DNA of 64,000 bases from an uncultured Desulfosarcina sp. (GTDB lineage: Bacteria > Desulfobacterota > Desulfobacteria > Desulfobacterales > Desulfosarcinaceae), in the NCBI GenBank assembly GCA_963674945.2, contig CAXXWQ010000002.1, positions 352,001 through 416,000 on the forward strand. The letters are read 5' to 3'. Below the pieces are notes generated by a model. It was not told the DNA's origin. It searched no databases and was given only the letters and a program-made list of their open reading frames with translations. Below are positions 1 to 10,489 of the stretch, piece after piece. The translations under genes were made by a program, and so were the position numbers. The first letter of the stretch is position 1; the number at the start of each line of letters is the position of its first letter.

Positions 1-99
1 AGATGAAGTCGTGTCGGACCTGTCCTGTCTTCAAAAAGATTCTTGAGAAGATCGACGACCATGAGTGAGCATCGGCGCTCCGGTGGGTCGCGTGGAAAA

Positions 100-330
100 A
101 ACGCCCTCGCCATCGCATTCAACGAAGTGGCCCGGCAGTCCACCATGGCCGATCCCAATTGGAAAAAGGGGGATTACCCTTTCCGATTTCAGGCGCTATG
201 CCAGGCGGGTGGGGTTTACCATCGTCAAAGAGGTGGGCATCAACACCCGCAGACAGGATCGATCCGGGAAGGTGGTGCGCTTCTGGCCGGATCTGTTCGC
301 CTTTTATGGGTGTTTATGATTACCGGATAG
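100..330 (+). pseudogene. Fused remnants of homoserine O-acetyltransferase (MetX-like) and MetW-like genes
   Basis: One frame reads ALAIAFNEVARQSTMADPNWKKGDY (MetX-like). From ~172 another frame reads ITLSDFRRYARRVGFTIVKEVGINT..VVRFWPDLFAFYG (MetW C-terminus-like), and the tail is frameshifted. Confidence 0.55.
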
Positions 331-336
331 AATTAT

Positions 337-717
337 TTATCGGGTGCACTGGGCGTTCTTGACGCAACCTTGTTTTTTTTCATGATGCTGAATGGCCCGT
401 TTGCGTGTAATTCCCGCTACGAGCAAAAGGGTGATCCCTAAAAACAGGATGCTGACGGCTTCGTCAGACGGACTGAAAGATCCAGCTGTCGGCGATGCCT
501 TGACGGGTTGTGCCAGGGCCGGGGCAGTTCCACCAAACGCCTTGCTCGTATCTACAAGGTAAGCAAGGTCGGCCACCGGTTTGCCTTCTTGCAGCCCCAT
601 TGATTTTTCTTGGGAAAGGGGACCGGTCATTGAAAAACCACTTTTTGCAAAGCTGACGATTGCAGCGATAATTAGGACGACTGTTAGGACAATTGAATAT
701 CTACTTCGCACTCCCAT
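337..717 (-). CDS. Small exported protein with a degenerate PEP-CTERM-like sorting tail
   Basis: N-terminal signal peptide; C-terminal SPSDEAVSILFLGITLLLVAGITRKR (motif, TM helix, basic cluster); GAGGA RBS; divergent from an exosortase locus. Confidence 0.6.
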   Translation of the reverse strand: MGVRSRYSIVLTVVLIIAAIVSFAKSGFSMTGPLSQEKSMGLQEGKPVADLAYLVDTSKAFGGTAPALAQPVKASPTAGSFSPSDEAVSILFLGITLLLVAGITRKRAIQHHEKKQGCVKNAQCTR

Positions 718-843
718 TATATTTTCCTCTTAAGAAATTCTGACCAAATGGCGAATAAGAGATCACACGTATCGTTATCGCAGGCGTTTCATATGGTTTT
801 TTGAATGGATCCAGAACTAATACGTAAGCGACACGCAGTTATA

Positions 844-860
844 TTCAATCGACATGCCAA
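844..860 (-). promoter_or_regulatory. Possible sigma-54 promoter for the PEP-CTERM-like gene
   Basis: Minus strand reads TTGGCATG-TCGA-TTGAA versus consensus TGGCACG-N4-TTGC. Confidence 0.4.
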
Positions 861-1323
861 TAAAATGTAAAAATGTTTGTATGGGGGGTATGGTCTTTAA
901 ATCAGAGCAGATTCGAAATGTTTTGATATTTGATTATATCTGGAGCCGTTGATGTATTGGCTGTGATTGTGAAATATGTGTAATAGAAAGTGTGTAATTA
1001 TGGCATTGGTTACATAGCCGTAACGAGAGTTTTTTAAGCTATTTGACAAGTAAAAAGTACGTACCTTAAACACGTTTTGATGCGTTGAACAGCCATTTCG
1101 ACAGAGAAAAGAGGGAAGTGCTTATATTGTCTATGTTTTACATCATTTCTAACTCGTAAAATCAAAGTAGTATTTAGGAGTTTTATATGATATAAGTGGT
1201 GTCTTTTTTAAAGAGTGTGAAAGATTTTTCTCTTTTCTTGGACTGCTTTCGATGACAGACTCCTTTTCGGCGAATCCTGTTTCGCAGCTGCCGAAGAGGC
1301 GTGTAAAGGAGAGGCGTCAAATC

Positions 1324-3309
1324 ATGTGCGGCATTGCCGGAATCGTAAATTTTAACCGACCCGAAGAAAAACGCGCGCTGCTCACCCGAATGGTGGGAAT
1401 GATGCGCCATCGCGGGCCGGATGCGGCAGGTCTGTACATTCGCGGGCCGGCGGGGCTTGCCCATGCACGCTTGAGCATCATCGATCTGAGTCGTGCCGGC
1501 AATCAGCCGATTCACAACGAGGACGAGACCATATGGATCGTATTCAACGGTGAAATCTTTAATTATCCGGAACTCAGAACGGAACTGGAGAAAAAGGGCC
1601 ACCGTTTCTACACCCGGACAGACACCGAGGTCTTGATTCACCTTTACGAAGAGTGCGGTACGGATCTGTTTGAACGGCTGAACGGGCAGTTTGCCCTTGC
1701 CATCTGGGACGAAAAACAGCAGTGTCTTGTCTTGGGAAGGGACCGCGTCGGTATTCGCCCTCTCTTCTATCACCATGACGGCGGCCGATTGGTTTTCTCT
1801 TCCGAGATCAAGGCCATCTTCGCCGATCCGAACGTGAACCGGGCATTGGACGCGATTGCATTGTCCGACATTTTTACCTGCTGGGCCCCTTTGGGGCGCC
1901 GTACGCCGTTTCAAGACATCCATCAACTGCTTCCCGGACATTATGCCCGGATAACCCGGCAGGGGATTCATACCGCATCCTATTGGTCACCGCGATTTGA
2001 CCGGCCCGATGACCGGGAACGCCCGCTGAGCGATTGGGTGGAGGAACTTCGGGCGTTGCTTTTGGATGCCGTCCGGATCCGGCTGCGGGCGGACGTGCCG
2101 GTGGGCGCCTATCTTTCCGGCGGAATCGACAGCACCTATATCAGTTCCGTGGTGAAGCGAAACTTCAACAACCGGCTTCGAACCTTCTCCGTCCGGTTTT
2201 CAGACCATCGTTTCGATGAATCCTCCTATCAGCGCATGGCCATCGATGCCCTCGGAACCGATCACCGGGATATCCAGTGCGAGGAGGGGGAAATCGGCGC
2301 CCTTTTTCCGAAAATCGTCTGGCACACCGAGGCACCGATCATCAGAACCGCACCGGTCCCCCTTTTCATGCTCTCCAAACTGGTGCGGGAAAACGATTTC
2401 AAGGTCGTCCTCACCGGAGAAGGTGCCGACGAGATCTTCGCCGGCTACAACATCTTCAAAGAAGACAAGATCCGACGCTTCTGGGCGTGCCGGCCCGATT
2501 CCCGGATCCGCCCACGGCTGCTGGCGCGGCTATATCCCTATATTTTTTCGGCGGATAACAGCCGATCGCGAAAATTTATGGAAGGATTTTTCAAAAAAGA
2601 TCTGACCAACACGGATTCACCCTGCTATTCCCACCTGCTGCGGTGGTCCAATACATCGCAGGTTCAGTCTTTTTTTTCCGAAGACGTAAGATCGGCGGCC
2701 GGGACCACGGACGGTTTCATCGAACGCTTTCGTGCCATGCTGCCGGACCGGTTCATGTCGTGGGATCCTTTGTCACGGGCCCAATACACGGAAATTCGCA
2801 TCTTTCTTTCCAACTATCTGCTGTCGTCACAGGGAGACCGCATGGCCATGGCCAATTCCATCGAAGGCCGTTTTCCCTATCTGGATCACCGGGTGATCGA
2901 ATTTGCCGCAATGGTGCCCCCGGCGCTTCGCATGCGGGGCCTGGACGAAAAATTTATTCTGAAACAGGCCGCCCGCAACCAGATCCCGGATGCGCTCATT
3001 TCCAGGCCGAAGCAGCCGTACCGAGCGCCCATCAGCAGCTGCTTTTTCGGTGATCGAAAGCTGGAATACGTGGCGGAGCTGCTGTCCGAAACACGGATCG
3101 CGGAAGGTGGATATTTCGACCCCGAGAAAGTATCACGACTGATTGCCAAATGCCGTTCCCAACGGGGGAGCCTTTTAAGCGAGCGGGAGAACATGGCCCT
3201 GGTGGCGATTTTGTCGACGCAATTGATCGACCAGCAGTTTATCCGTGCGTTTCCGGCCCATCCGGCTGTGATGCCGGAACATTGTATCATACACGGAGAC
3301 CTAAGCTGA
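1324..3309 (+). CDS. asnB: Asparagine synthase (glutamine-hydrolysing)-family amidotransferase
   Basis: N-terminal MCGI (Ntn Cys), HRGPD, LSGGIDS, GEGADE, EGRFPYLD; AAGGAG RBS before ATG 1324. Confidence 0.93.
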   Translation: MCGIAGIVNFNRPEEKRALLTRMVGMMRHRGPDAAGLYIRGPAGLAHARLSIIDLSRAGNQPIHNEDETIWIVFNGEIFNYPELRTELEKKGHRFYTRTDTEVLIHLYEECGTDLFERLNGQFALAIWDEKQQCLVLGRDRVGIRPLFYHHDGGRLVFSSEIKAIFADPNVNRALDAIALSDIFTCWAPLGRRTPFQDIHQLLPGHYARITRQGIHTASYWSPRFDRPDDRERPLSDWVEELRALLLDAVRIRLRADVPVGAYLSGGIDSTYISSVVKRNFNNRLRTFSVRFSDHRFDESSYQRMAIDALGTDHRDIQCEEGEIGALFPKIVWHTEAPIIRTAPVPLFMLSKLVRENDFKVVLTGEGADEIFAGYNIFKEDKIRRFWACRPDSRIRPRLLARLYPYIFSADNSRSRKFMEGFFKKDLTNTDSPCYSHLLRWSNTSQVQSFFSEDVRSAAGTTDGFIERFRAMLPDRFMSWDPLSRAQYTEIRIFLSNYLLSSQGDRMAMANSIEGRFPYLDHRVIEFAAMVPPALRMRGLDEKFILKQAARNQIPDALISRPKQPYRAPISSCFFGDRKLEYVAELLSETRIAEGGYFDPEKVSRLIAKCRSQRGSLLSERENMALVAILSTQLIDQQFIRAFPAHPAVMPEHCIIHGDLS

Positions 3310-3880
3310 ACGATTGTTTCGGGATGCAAACGCGTGGACGATACGGAGGCCGGGGTGATCGTATGTAGATTTGATACAGGACATGGGCTTGTCCTGCTGA
3401 ACACGGGGGAGGCGGACGGGAGTGCCTTACGTGCGCCAAATTGCCTAAAGTTAAGGTATTCTCCCTTTTCCATAAAACGGCGAAGGGAAACGACGCCCGA
3501 TAGCTGCGGCAAGCTCGACAATCGCTCACTTCGGCTTGACTAAGGTCTGGAAATTGTTTTATTAAAATGCGTTTTCATATGGCAGCGCCCTTTAATACCT
3601 GTCCGAATAGGAAATATTTTTCACAATATGATATCTATTCGCTATTCTTGAGGATTGAAAGCCGGCCAAATGGCGCGTCGGGACGAGTGGACACGGATTT
3701 TGGGTGCAGATATAACCAATTTATATATAAGTGTATATGAATTAGGGGGAGATTATTGGACAGTTTCTTTCCGGTTTTTTCCATTTCCTGGTACAAAAGT
3801 TGAATCAAACGGAATTTCCAGCTTGATGATCACCATTCGGTTCCTGAACAGGCTTCCTGGAACCGATACGAAAAGGGACG

Positions 3881-5500
3881 ATGACCATGGCCTCACAGCC
3901 CATTCCCATGGACCCCAAATATATTATCGATCTGCTGATTAAACGTCGGTGGATACTCTTGGTCCCTTTTTGTCTGGCCATGATTGCGGGTATCTACCTG
4001 GCCATCACACTGCCAAAAATCTATGAAGCCAGCACGCTGATTTTAATTCAACCCCAGCGGGTTCCGGAGAACTACGTCCAATCTCTCGTCGAGGATGAGC
4101 CCAGCGAGCGGATCAACACTTTGTCCCAGCAGGTGCTCAGTAGGACCAATCTTGAAAATATCATAAATGAATTCAATCTGTTTGCATCTGCTGAGTACCA
4201 GGCGATGTACATGGAAGAAAAGGTTGGCCAGCTTCGTAAGCAAATATCGGTCAATGTAACCAGTGACAGGCGCAGGGGGACCGACTCCTTCTCCATATCG
4301 TTTCGGGGAAAAGATCCCAAAACCGTCATGCATGTGACCAATGCCCTGGCGTCCTATTTTATCGATGAGAATATCCGTCAACGAGAAGCTCAGGCCATCG
4401 GTACCAGCGACTTTCTTGATGCGGAGTTGAATAATATGAAGGGGCGTTTGGAAGAGGTCGAGGCTCAACTGAAGCAGTATCGCGAATCCTTCATGGGAGA
4501 ACTTCCGGAACAGCTGGATTCAAATCTGAGAATTCTCGATCGATTGCAGGAGCATCTTGGAGAGAGCCAGCAAAGCCTCAGTGAGGCGAAGATTCGATTC
4601 GCCGCCTTGCAAAGCGAGGTGGCTGTCACCAGAACTCAACCCACTGCAACGGTTGTGGGTTCAGAGCCCCAGGAAACCGTAACCGACATCGTCCAGATGA
4701 AGGCCCAACTGGATGCCATGCTCGCCCGGTACACGCCCCGTCACCCCGATGTGTTGCGATTGCAGGCGAGAATCGAGGAGTTGGAAAGACAAGCTCGGAT
4801 GATTGCCGAAACTGCCGAGACGGAGTCGAAAGAACAACAAACCGGTGAAGCAACTTCGCTCCCCCCCGATTCTGCCGTTTCCCCAGAGTACCGGGCGCAA
4901 TACACGGAGATCACCCAGGAGATGCGTCGCCTCGAGGCGGATGTCGAAGATACGAAGCGTCAGATCGCAATCTATAAAAAAAGAGTGGAAAACACACCCA
5001 AAAGAGAGCAGGAGTTGCTTTCTCTTCGACGGGATTATCAAAATATCCAAACCACCTATGACTCCTTGCTGGCCAGAAGGCTCGAGGCGGAAATTGCCGT
5101 AAACATGGAGCGCAAGCAAAAAGGCGAGCAGTTTAGGATCCTTGATCCGGCCAGGCAACCGCAAAAACCGGTGGAACCGGATATGAAAAAGCTGTTTATG
5201 ATGGTCGTCGGCGCCGGACTGGCCATCGGCTGTGGCATCATATTCCTTTTGGAGTATTTGAACAGTTCATTCAAGCGGCCCGAGGATATCGAAGAAGATC
5301 TTCAATTGCCGGTGCTGTGCTCGGTTCCAGAAATCATAGACCGAAAGCGGCGCATCTTGCGCCGTTTCGAATACGGCTTTTTTAGCATTTTTTTCATGAT
5401 CGCAGTGATTCTGTTCGGTGGTTTTACATTGCTTTCCCTTAAGGGCGTGGAACCCACCTTTGAATTGGTGAAGAGAATAGGAAGCGTGGCAGGCGTATAA
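3881..5500 (+). CDS. Polysaccharide chain-length determinant (Wzz/GumC, XrtA-system type)
   Basis: Two TM helices flanking a coiled coil; YTPRHPDV and GEQFRILDPA motifs. Confidence 0.9.
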   Translation: MTMASQPIPMDPKYIIDLLIKRRWILLVPFCLAMIAGIYLAITLPKIYEASTLILIQPQRVPENYVQSLVEDEPSERINTLSQQVLSRTNLENIINEFNLFASAEYQAMYMEEKVGQLRKQISVNVTSDRRRGTDSFSISFRGKDPKTVMHVTNALASYFIDENIRQREAQAIGTSDFLDAELNNMKGRLEEVEAQLKQYRESFMGELPEQLDSNLRILDRLQEHLGESQQSLSEAKIRFAALQSEVAVTRTQPTATVVGSEPQETVTDIVQMKAQLDAMLARYTPRHPDVLRLQARIEELERQARMIAETAETESKEQQTGEATSLPPDSAVSPEYRAQYTEITQEMRRLEADVEDTKRQIAIYKKRVENTPKREQELLSLRRDYQNIQTTYDSLLARRLEAEIAVNMERKQKGEQFRILDPARQPQKPVEPDMKKLFMMVVGAGLAIGCGIIFLLEYLNSSFKRPEDIEEDLQLPVLCSVPEIIDRKRRILRRFEYGFFSIFFMIAVILFGGFTLLSLKGVEPTFELVKRIGSVAGV

Positions 5501-6352
5501 ATGGGAAAGATCACAAAAGCTTACGAAAAACATGATCAGGAAAGGGACATGAAGGTTGCGCCTGCCATCACCCCCTTGTCCGTGAACCGTCGGGCGACCA
5601 CCCGGAAGATCAGGGTGATCGACACCAACGGGAACTCGTCCGGGAGAAGAATGAAAGATATGCGTCTCGATCCCCACCTGATAACGTACCACGATCCAAC
5701 CGGTGTCGAGGCGGAGATTTTCAAGATTCTGCGCACCAACATCCTGTTTCCCAAGAGCGGTCGGCCACCCCGCACCATCATGGTGACCAGTGCGATCCCC
5801 GGCGACGGAAAATCCTTTGTCGCCGCCAATCTGGCCATCAGCATCACACACGGCATCGAAGAGCATGTGTTGCTGATCGATTGTGATATGAGACGTTCGG
5901 CGATTCACACCCGCTTCGGATTTCCGGATGATACGCCGGGGCTGAGTGACTACTTGGCAGGCAAAAAGCCCCTGGCGTCGATGTTAAAGAAAACAATCGT
6001 CGACAAGTTGACGATCCTGCCGGGTGGCCAACCACCGCCGAATCCATCGGAACTCCTGTCGAGTCAGGCCATGAAGCAATTTCTGGAACAGGCCAAAAAT
6101 CGATACGACGACCGATACATCATCATCGATTCGCCTCCTCCCCAGATGTCGGCAGAGACCACTGTATTGGCCAATTACATCGATGGGATCATCTTGGTGG
6201 TAAGATACGGATCGACCCCCAAAGATTTAATAAAAGCGCTATTGGAAAAGTTAGGCCGGGAAAAGGTGATCGGTGTGGTCATGAACGGGTATCGCGTTCC
6301 GACCACCGAGCGCTATGGCTACGGAAAATATAAAAAATACAAAAAATACTGA
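5501..6352 (+). CDS. Polysaccharide biosynthesis tyrosine autokinase (CpsD/CapB, Wzc kinase domain)
   Basis: Walker A GDGKS, LLIDCDMR, IIIDSPP, Tyr-rich C-terminus. Confidence 0.92.
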   Translation: MGKITKAYEKHDQERDMKVAPAITPLSVNRRATTRKIRVIDTNGNSSGRRMKDMRLDPHLITYHDPTGVEAEIFKILRTNILFPKSGRPPRTIMVTSAIPGDGKSFVAANLAISITHGIEEHVLLIDCDMRRSAIHTRFGFPDDTPGLSDYLAGKKPLASMLKKTIVDKLTILPGGQPPPNPSELLSSQAMKQFLEQAKNRYDDRYIIIDSPPPQMSAETTVLANYIDGIILVVRYGSTPKDLIKALLEKLGREKVIGVVMNGYRVPTTERYGYGKYKKYKKY

Positions 6353-7734
6353 TGCTTCACCTATTTAAAAAATACTATCCGGTTCGCAATGCTTTTTTTG
6401 TCGTCGGTGAAGGGGTGTTCATCTTTCTTTCGGTGATGATTGCCAGTGCCATTCTCATGGATGGTAATTTGTTTTTACCGAATCAGGCGATATTATTAAA
6501 AACCTGCCTGATTACCATCGTATGCCAGTCGAGCCTATACTATTTCGACCTATACGATCTCAATGTAACAAATTCATACCAGGAACTTTTCATCCGTCTT
6601 CTTCAGTCCCTGGGATCTTCCGCCATTTTTCTATCCCTCGTCTATTTTGTATTTCCCATCTGTATCATCGGCAGGGGGATCTTCTTTTTCAGTATATGTA
6701 TTCTCATTGGTTTCATTTCACTGTGGCGGGTCGCCTATACCCATGTTCTCAACCTGGGACTCTTCGATAAAAAGATTATCCTTCTGGGATCCGGTGACCT
6801 CGCCCAAAATATCGCCAAAGCCATTGAATCCAGTCGCGATTGCGGGTACCAGGTTGCGCAGGTCATCAACGATGACGCTCAAAAGGCCATTTCTTCGGTC
6901 GAAATTGGCCTGAATGGATACGACAACCTGTGCCAGGAGGCCAAGGATCATCATATCGATAAGATCGTCGTCGCAATCGAAGATCGTCGGAGTACATTTC
7001 CCACAGGACAATTGCTTCAATGTCGGGTCGAAGGTATCGAGGTGCTCGAAGGAACCAGTTTCTACGAGATGCTCACCGGGAAATTGATCGTCGAAAACAT
7101 TAACCCGAGCTGGCTGATCTTTTCCGACGGATTCAGGACGTCGTGGTTGAGAAGTTTCATCAAGCGATCCGTGGATTTGACACTCGCGGTGATCATGCTG
7201 ACAGTCCTTTCGCCGGTGTTGATTGCGACGGCGATACTCATCAAAGTGGACTCCAAGGGGCCGGTCTTCTTTTCCCAGGAGCGCGTGGGGCAAAACCGAA
7301 AACCGTATATGGTTCACAAGTTTCGTTCCATGGTTGATAATGCCGAAAAAGAGAGTGGGCCCGTATGGGCCAAAAATAATGACACCCGAATCACGCGGGT
7401 GGGGAAGTTCATTCGAAAATGGCGCATCGATGAATTTCCCCAATTGTTCAATGTGATCAAGGGTGAGATGAGTTTCGTGGGGCCCCGTCCGGAGCGGGAA
7501 TTTTTCGTCAAAGAGCTGGAATCCCAGATTCCCTATTATGGTGAACGTTTTTCCGCCAAACCCGGGGTCACCGGATGGGCACAGGTTTGTTACTCTTACG
7601 GGGCATCGGTGGAAGATGCCGTGGAGAAGCTCAAATACGATCTGTTTTATATCAAAAACATGTCCATCTTCATGGACTTGATGGTGATCATGAGAACGGT
7701 GAAGACCGTACTATTCGGGGAAGGGGCAAGATAG
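6352..7734 (+). CDS. PEP-CTERM/XrtA-system priming sugar transferase
   Basis: N-terminal TMs; KFRSM, DEFPQLFNV, GEMSFVGPRPE, PGVTGWAQV. Confidence 0.92.
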   Translation: MLHLFKKYYPVRNAFFVVGEGVFIFLSVMIASAILMDGNLFLPNQAILLKTCLITIVCQSSLYYFDLYDLNVTNSYQELFIRLLQSLGSSAIFLSLVYFVFPICIIGRGIFFFSICILIGFISLWRVAYTHVLNLGLFDKKIILLGSGDLAQNIAKAIESSRDCGYQVAQVINDDAQKAISSVEIGLNGYDNLCQEAKDHHIDKIVVAIEDRRSTFPTGQLLQCRVEGIEVLEGTSFYEMLTGKLIVENINPSWLIFSDGFRTSWLRSFIKRSVDLTLAVIMLTVLSPVLIATAILIKVDSKGPVFFSQERVGQNRKPYMVHKFRSMVDNAEKESGPVWAKNNDTRITRVGKFIRKWRIDEFPQLFNVIKGEMSFVGPRPEREFFVKELESQIPYYGERFSAKPGVTGWAQVCYSYGASVEDAVEKLKYDLFYIKNMSIFMDLMVIMRTVKTVLFGEGAR

Positions 7735-7739
7735 CGGCC

Positions 7740-7868
7740 ATCCAGAAATGGCCAATTTGCCCGATATCGGCGTTACACAAAAAATTTTATCCTCGGAATA
7801 TCAACTATATACCTGTGGTAAAATTTTTTGTGCGCCTTGATTTCGACCAAATTTTCCTATTTCTGGAT
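7740..7868. repeat. ~129-bp palindromic MITE-like element after the sugar-transferase stop
   Basis: ATCCAGAAAT...ATTTCTGGAT ends; internal CACAAAAAATTTTA/TAAAATTTTTTGTG inverted pair. Confidence 0.7.
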
Positions 7869-8271
7869 AAACACAGTAAATGTAAATTTAGGTAATGGGT
7901 GATAGGCGATAGGTCAAAACGTAAAATTTACGGATCATCCCTTCTGTCTTATAGCTAACGGGCGATAGTCAATGGGTTATAGACAGGGAGCTTGGAGCGG
8001 GGAGTAGCAGAAAATTAGTTGATCGATGACGAGCGGTGCGCAGTGGGAGATAGGTGATAGCTCATAGCTGATAGATCATAGTTCAAAGGCAACACAATAT
8101 GAGTCATTACCTTTTACAGCGAGTCGAAGACAGACGGCAATCTTGTTGCTGTTTGATAGAAAAGAAGATTTATACGGTTGGTTCTGGCCAAAGATGGCTT
8201 GTAACCCACCAGGCGGAGCTATGTAGAAAAGGGATGAAGAGCAGGCTGTAGGCGGGGAGCGTAGAGGGGGC

Positions 8272-8350
8272 GAAAAGCGGAAGATCGGAAGAGCCGAAGA
8301 GAGAAAGTTGGGAAAATCGGAAAAGCGGAAGATTGAAAGAGCGGAAAACC
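8272..8350 (+). repeat. 8-nt-period tandem array (GAARAGCG-like), left arm of four-helix-bundle gene 1
   Basis: gaaaagcg gaagatcg gaagagcc gaagagag aaagttgg gaaaatcg gaaaagcg gaagattg aaagagcg. Confidence 0.8.
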
Positions 8351-8565
8351 ATTGGATAGAAAACGGGATATTAGACATTTCAGGGATTTGGACGTTTACC
8401 GATTGGCCTTTCAATGTGCCATGATAATATTTGAAATTACCAAGTCCTTTCCCGCTGAAGAGCGATATTCTATGATTGATCAAATCAGACGATCCTCAAG
8501 ATCTGTTTGCTCCAATCTGGCTGAAGGATGGCGAAAGAGAAAATATGAAGCTGTTTTTAGGAATA

Positions 8566-10221
8566 CCTGAATCAGTGGCCTAATTTTTGCTGTTAGGATT
8601 GGCGCGGGGCGATTGCCTCACACACCATCATTTGTTGATAATTTTTCTCACTATTTTCAAATTTCGAAGGAATTTTGCTCCTGTTTCTCATTCTTTAGCC
8701 ATAGCAAATCACCAAGCAAATGCCTGTAAAATTGTTCTTTTAAAAATTATAGCTACTTCATAGCGGAAAGCAAATTCAGACGAAGATAAATCCGATCCAT
8801 CAGTTTGGAAAATGGATTGAGTTGGCCAAAGGATATGTACCATTTTCTACTTCTGGTTACTAATCGACCGGCCATATACATCAAGTCCTGCATGACTGTC
8901 CGGATTCGACGCCGGGTAACTTTCTTCCGGCGTATACCGGGCAATTCAGTCGGATCACTCTCTTCGATGCTGATTTGTCCGATAATCCGTAGCATGTTGT
9001 ACGTCAGCATCGCCAAATGAAGAATCAAGCTATTGGTGGAAAAATGACCGCTCGGCAAGCGCTCCAGGCCCATGTCGGATTTGAGTTCGGAGTGAAACTG
9101 CTCGCTGGTACCGTGATCGTGATAAAGTCGAATCACCTCATCCGGTGGCAACTGTGCGAGGCTGCACCAATAGGTATCGATCTGATACTCGGGGAACAGC
9201 AGTACTTGGCCCTTTTTGGTATGCCTTTCGGTAACCTCAAAGATGATTGGGTAGCGCAATGGATTGCCGTTGATGTCTTCAATCGTCTTTCCGATCCATA
9301 CACATTTTCCTGAGCGGCAATGCTGTTGCTTGCCGGATTTTTTTGCCAGATCAACCCACTTTTGAACAGATTCTCTACGCAAATTGCGTTTGATGATAAA
9401 GTGGACATTCTTTCGTGAATCGTCAGGAAAGTTGTCTTGACTGTCGTTTCCTGAATCCAACCTCATCAAAATAGGCTGATCGGTAATTTGCCTGGCATAA
9501 TCCAAGGTGGCGTTGATAAATTCGGGGGTGTTTTTCTGGCAGTGTTGTTTTCCTTCTCTGAACTCAAGATTCACCAGATACCCCTCGGTGCCCAGGTAGG
9601 CAAAGATCGGAGCGAAGCCATCCGTGCCTTTGTAGGTTCTGGAAACGCCTTCCTTTTGAGTCTTTGAGTTGTCAAACGGACTCACATCCATATCCAAAGG
9701 AAGGAAATCACCCGCACTGGTTTGGATGGGTGAAATCGCCGGAGCGCAGGATCGAACCAAATCAACGCCTGCATCCTTAATCAGCTTATCGGCTTGGTTG
9801 CCGATCAAATCGATTCGCTGACGCAATGTCGGGCTTGACGGGCATGCACGATTGCCAATGGCCTTGTTGAAAAATTCTTGCTTCTCACGAAAAATCTCGA
9901 TCGCATCGTAATCAGGTTTACCAATACTCATGAGAGCAATCATCGAAGCTAAAATGTCACCATGAGAAATTTTCGGGTCTACACAATGGACGCCGTTGAT
10001 CTTTTCGAAACGGAACCTGAAATTTATCGCATCAAGTAATGCGCCGATATTGATCAATCCGCTATGACTGGCAAGTTTTTCCATCTCGTGTTTTATGGTG
10101 ATCGGACGCCGCATTGATTTCACCTCCGAAGTGAGCGTTTAGTGCCCTAATATTACCATAATATATATGTTTTATCAATTGGTTATAGTGTTTTAATCAG
10201 GTTTTGTGCCACGGAAACAGG
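8566..10221 (-). mobile_element. IS1380-family insertion sequence
   Basis: Imperfect IRs CCTGAATCAGTGGC / GCCACGGAAACAGG; 5-bp TSD GAATA at 8561-8565 and 10222-10226. Confidence 0.9.
8753..10123 (-). CDS. IS1380-family DDE transposase
   Basis: LDMDVSPFDNS, MRLDSGND, YHDHGTSEQFHSELKSD motifs. Confidence 0.92.
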   Translation of the reverse strand: MKSMRRPITIKHEMEKLASHSGLINIGALLDAINFRFRFEKINGVHCVDPKISHGDILASMIALMSIGKPDYDAIEIFREKQEFFNKAIGNRACPSSPTLRQRIDLIGNQADKLIKDAGVDLVRSCAPAISPIQTSAGDFLPLDMDVSPFDNSKTQKEGVSRTYKGTDGFAPIFAYLGTEGYLVNLEFREGKQHCQKNTPEFINATLDYARQITDQPILMRLDSGNDSQDNFPDDSRKNVHFIIKRNLRRESVQKWVDLAKKSGKQQHCRSGKCVWIGKTIEDINGNPLRYPIIFEVTERHTKKGQVLLFPEYQIDTYWCSLAQLPPDEVIRLYHDHGTSEQFHSELKSDMGLERLPSGHFSTNSLILHLAMLTYNMLRIIGQISIEESDPTELPGIRRKKVTRRRIRTVMQDLMYMAGRLVTRSRKWYISFGQLNPFSKLMDRIYLRLNLLSAMK

Positions 10222-10410
10222 GAATAAATTGACTGATTCCATGCAGGAGGCGTCTGAGACACAATGCTGGATCGAATTCGCACATGCCTGTTCCTACATA
10301 ACAGCATCTACTTTCAGTGAATTGGACAAGGAATACGAACGAATTATTGCGATGCTAAATGGCATTGAGAAGCAAGCCAAGAAGTTCTGTTATTAATCAC
10401 AGTGAAAATC

Positions 10411-10442
10411 GGCTTTTCGGCTCTTCCGAGCTTCTTATCTTC
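10411..10442 (-). repeat. 8-nt-period array, right (inverted) arm of four-helix-bundle gene 1
   Basis: ggcttttc ggctcttc cgagcttc ttatcttc, the reverse complement of the 8272-8350 units. Confidence 0.75.
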
Positions 10443-10489
10443 GATGTTGCTGTAAGTTTAAGCTCCAAGCCATAAAACCGGGGGGCAAG

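Larger units (their letters stand above)
8352..10396 (+). pseudogene. Four-helix-bundle protein (23S rRNA IVP/Avd-like) interrupted by IS1380
   Basis: 5' half FRDLDVY..FPAEERYSMIDQIRRSSRSVCSNLAEG. Removing the IS and one GAATA restores RNKLTDSMQEASETQCWIEFA...KKFCY-TAA at 10396. Confidence 0.9.

Noticed and set aside
3334..3942. Short ORFs between asnB and the chain-length gene
   Set aside because: No motifs or convincing RBS; more likely promoter/leader sequence.
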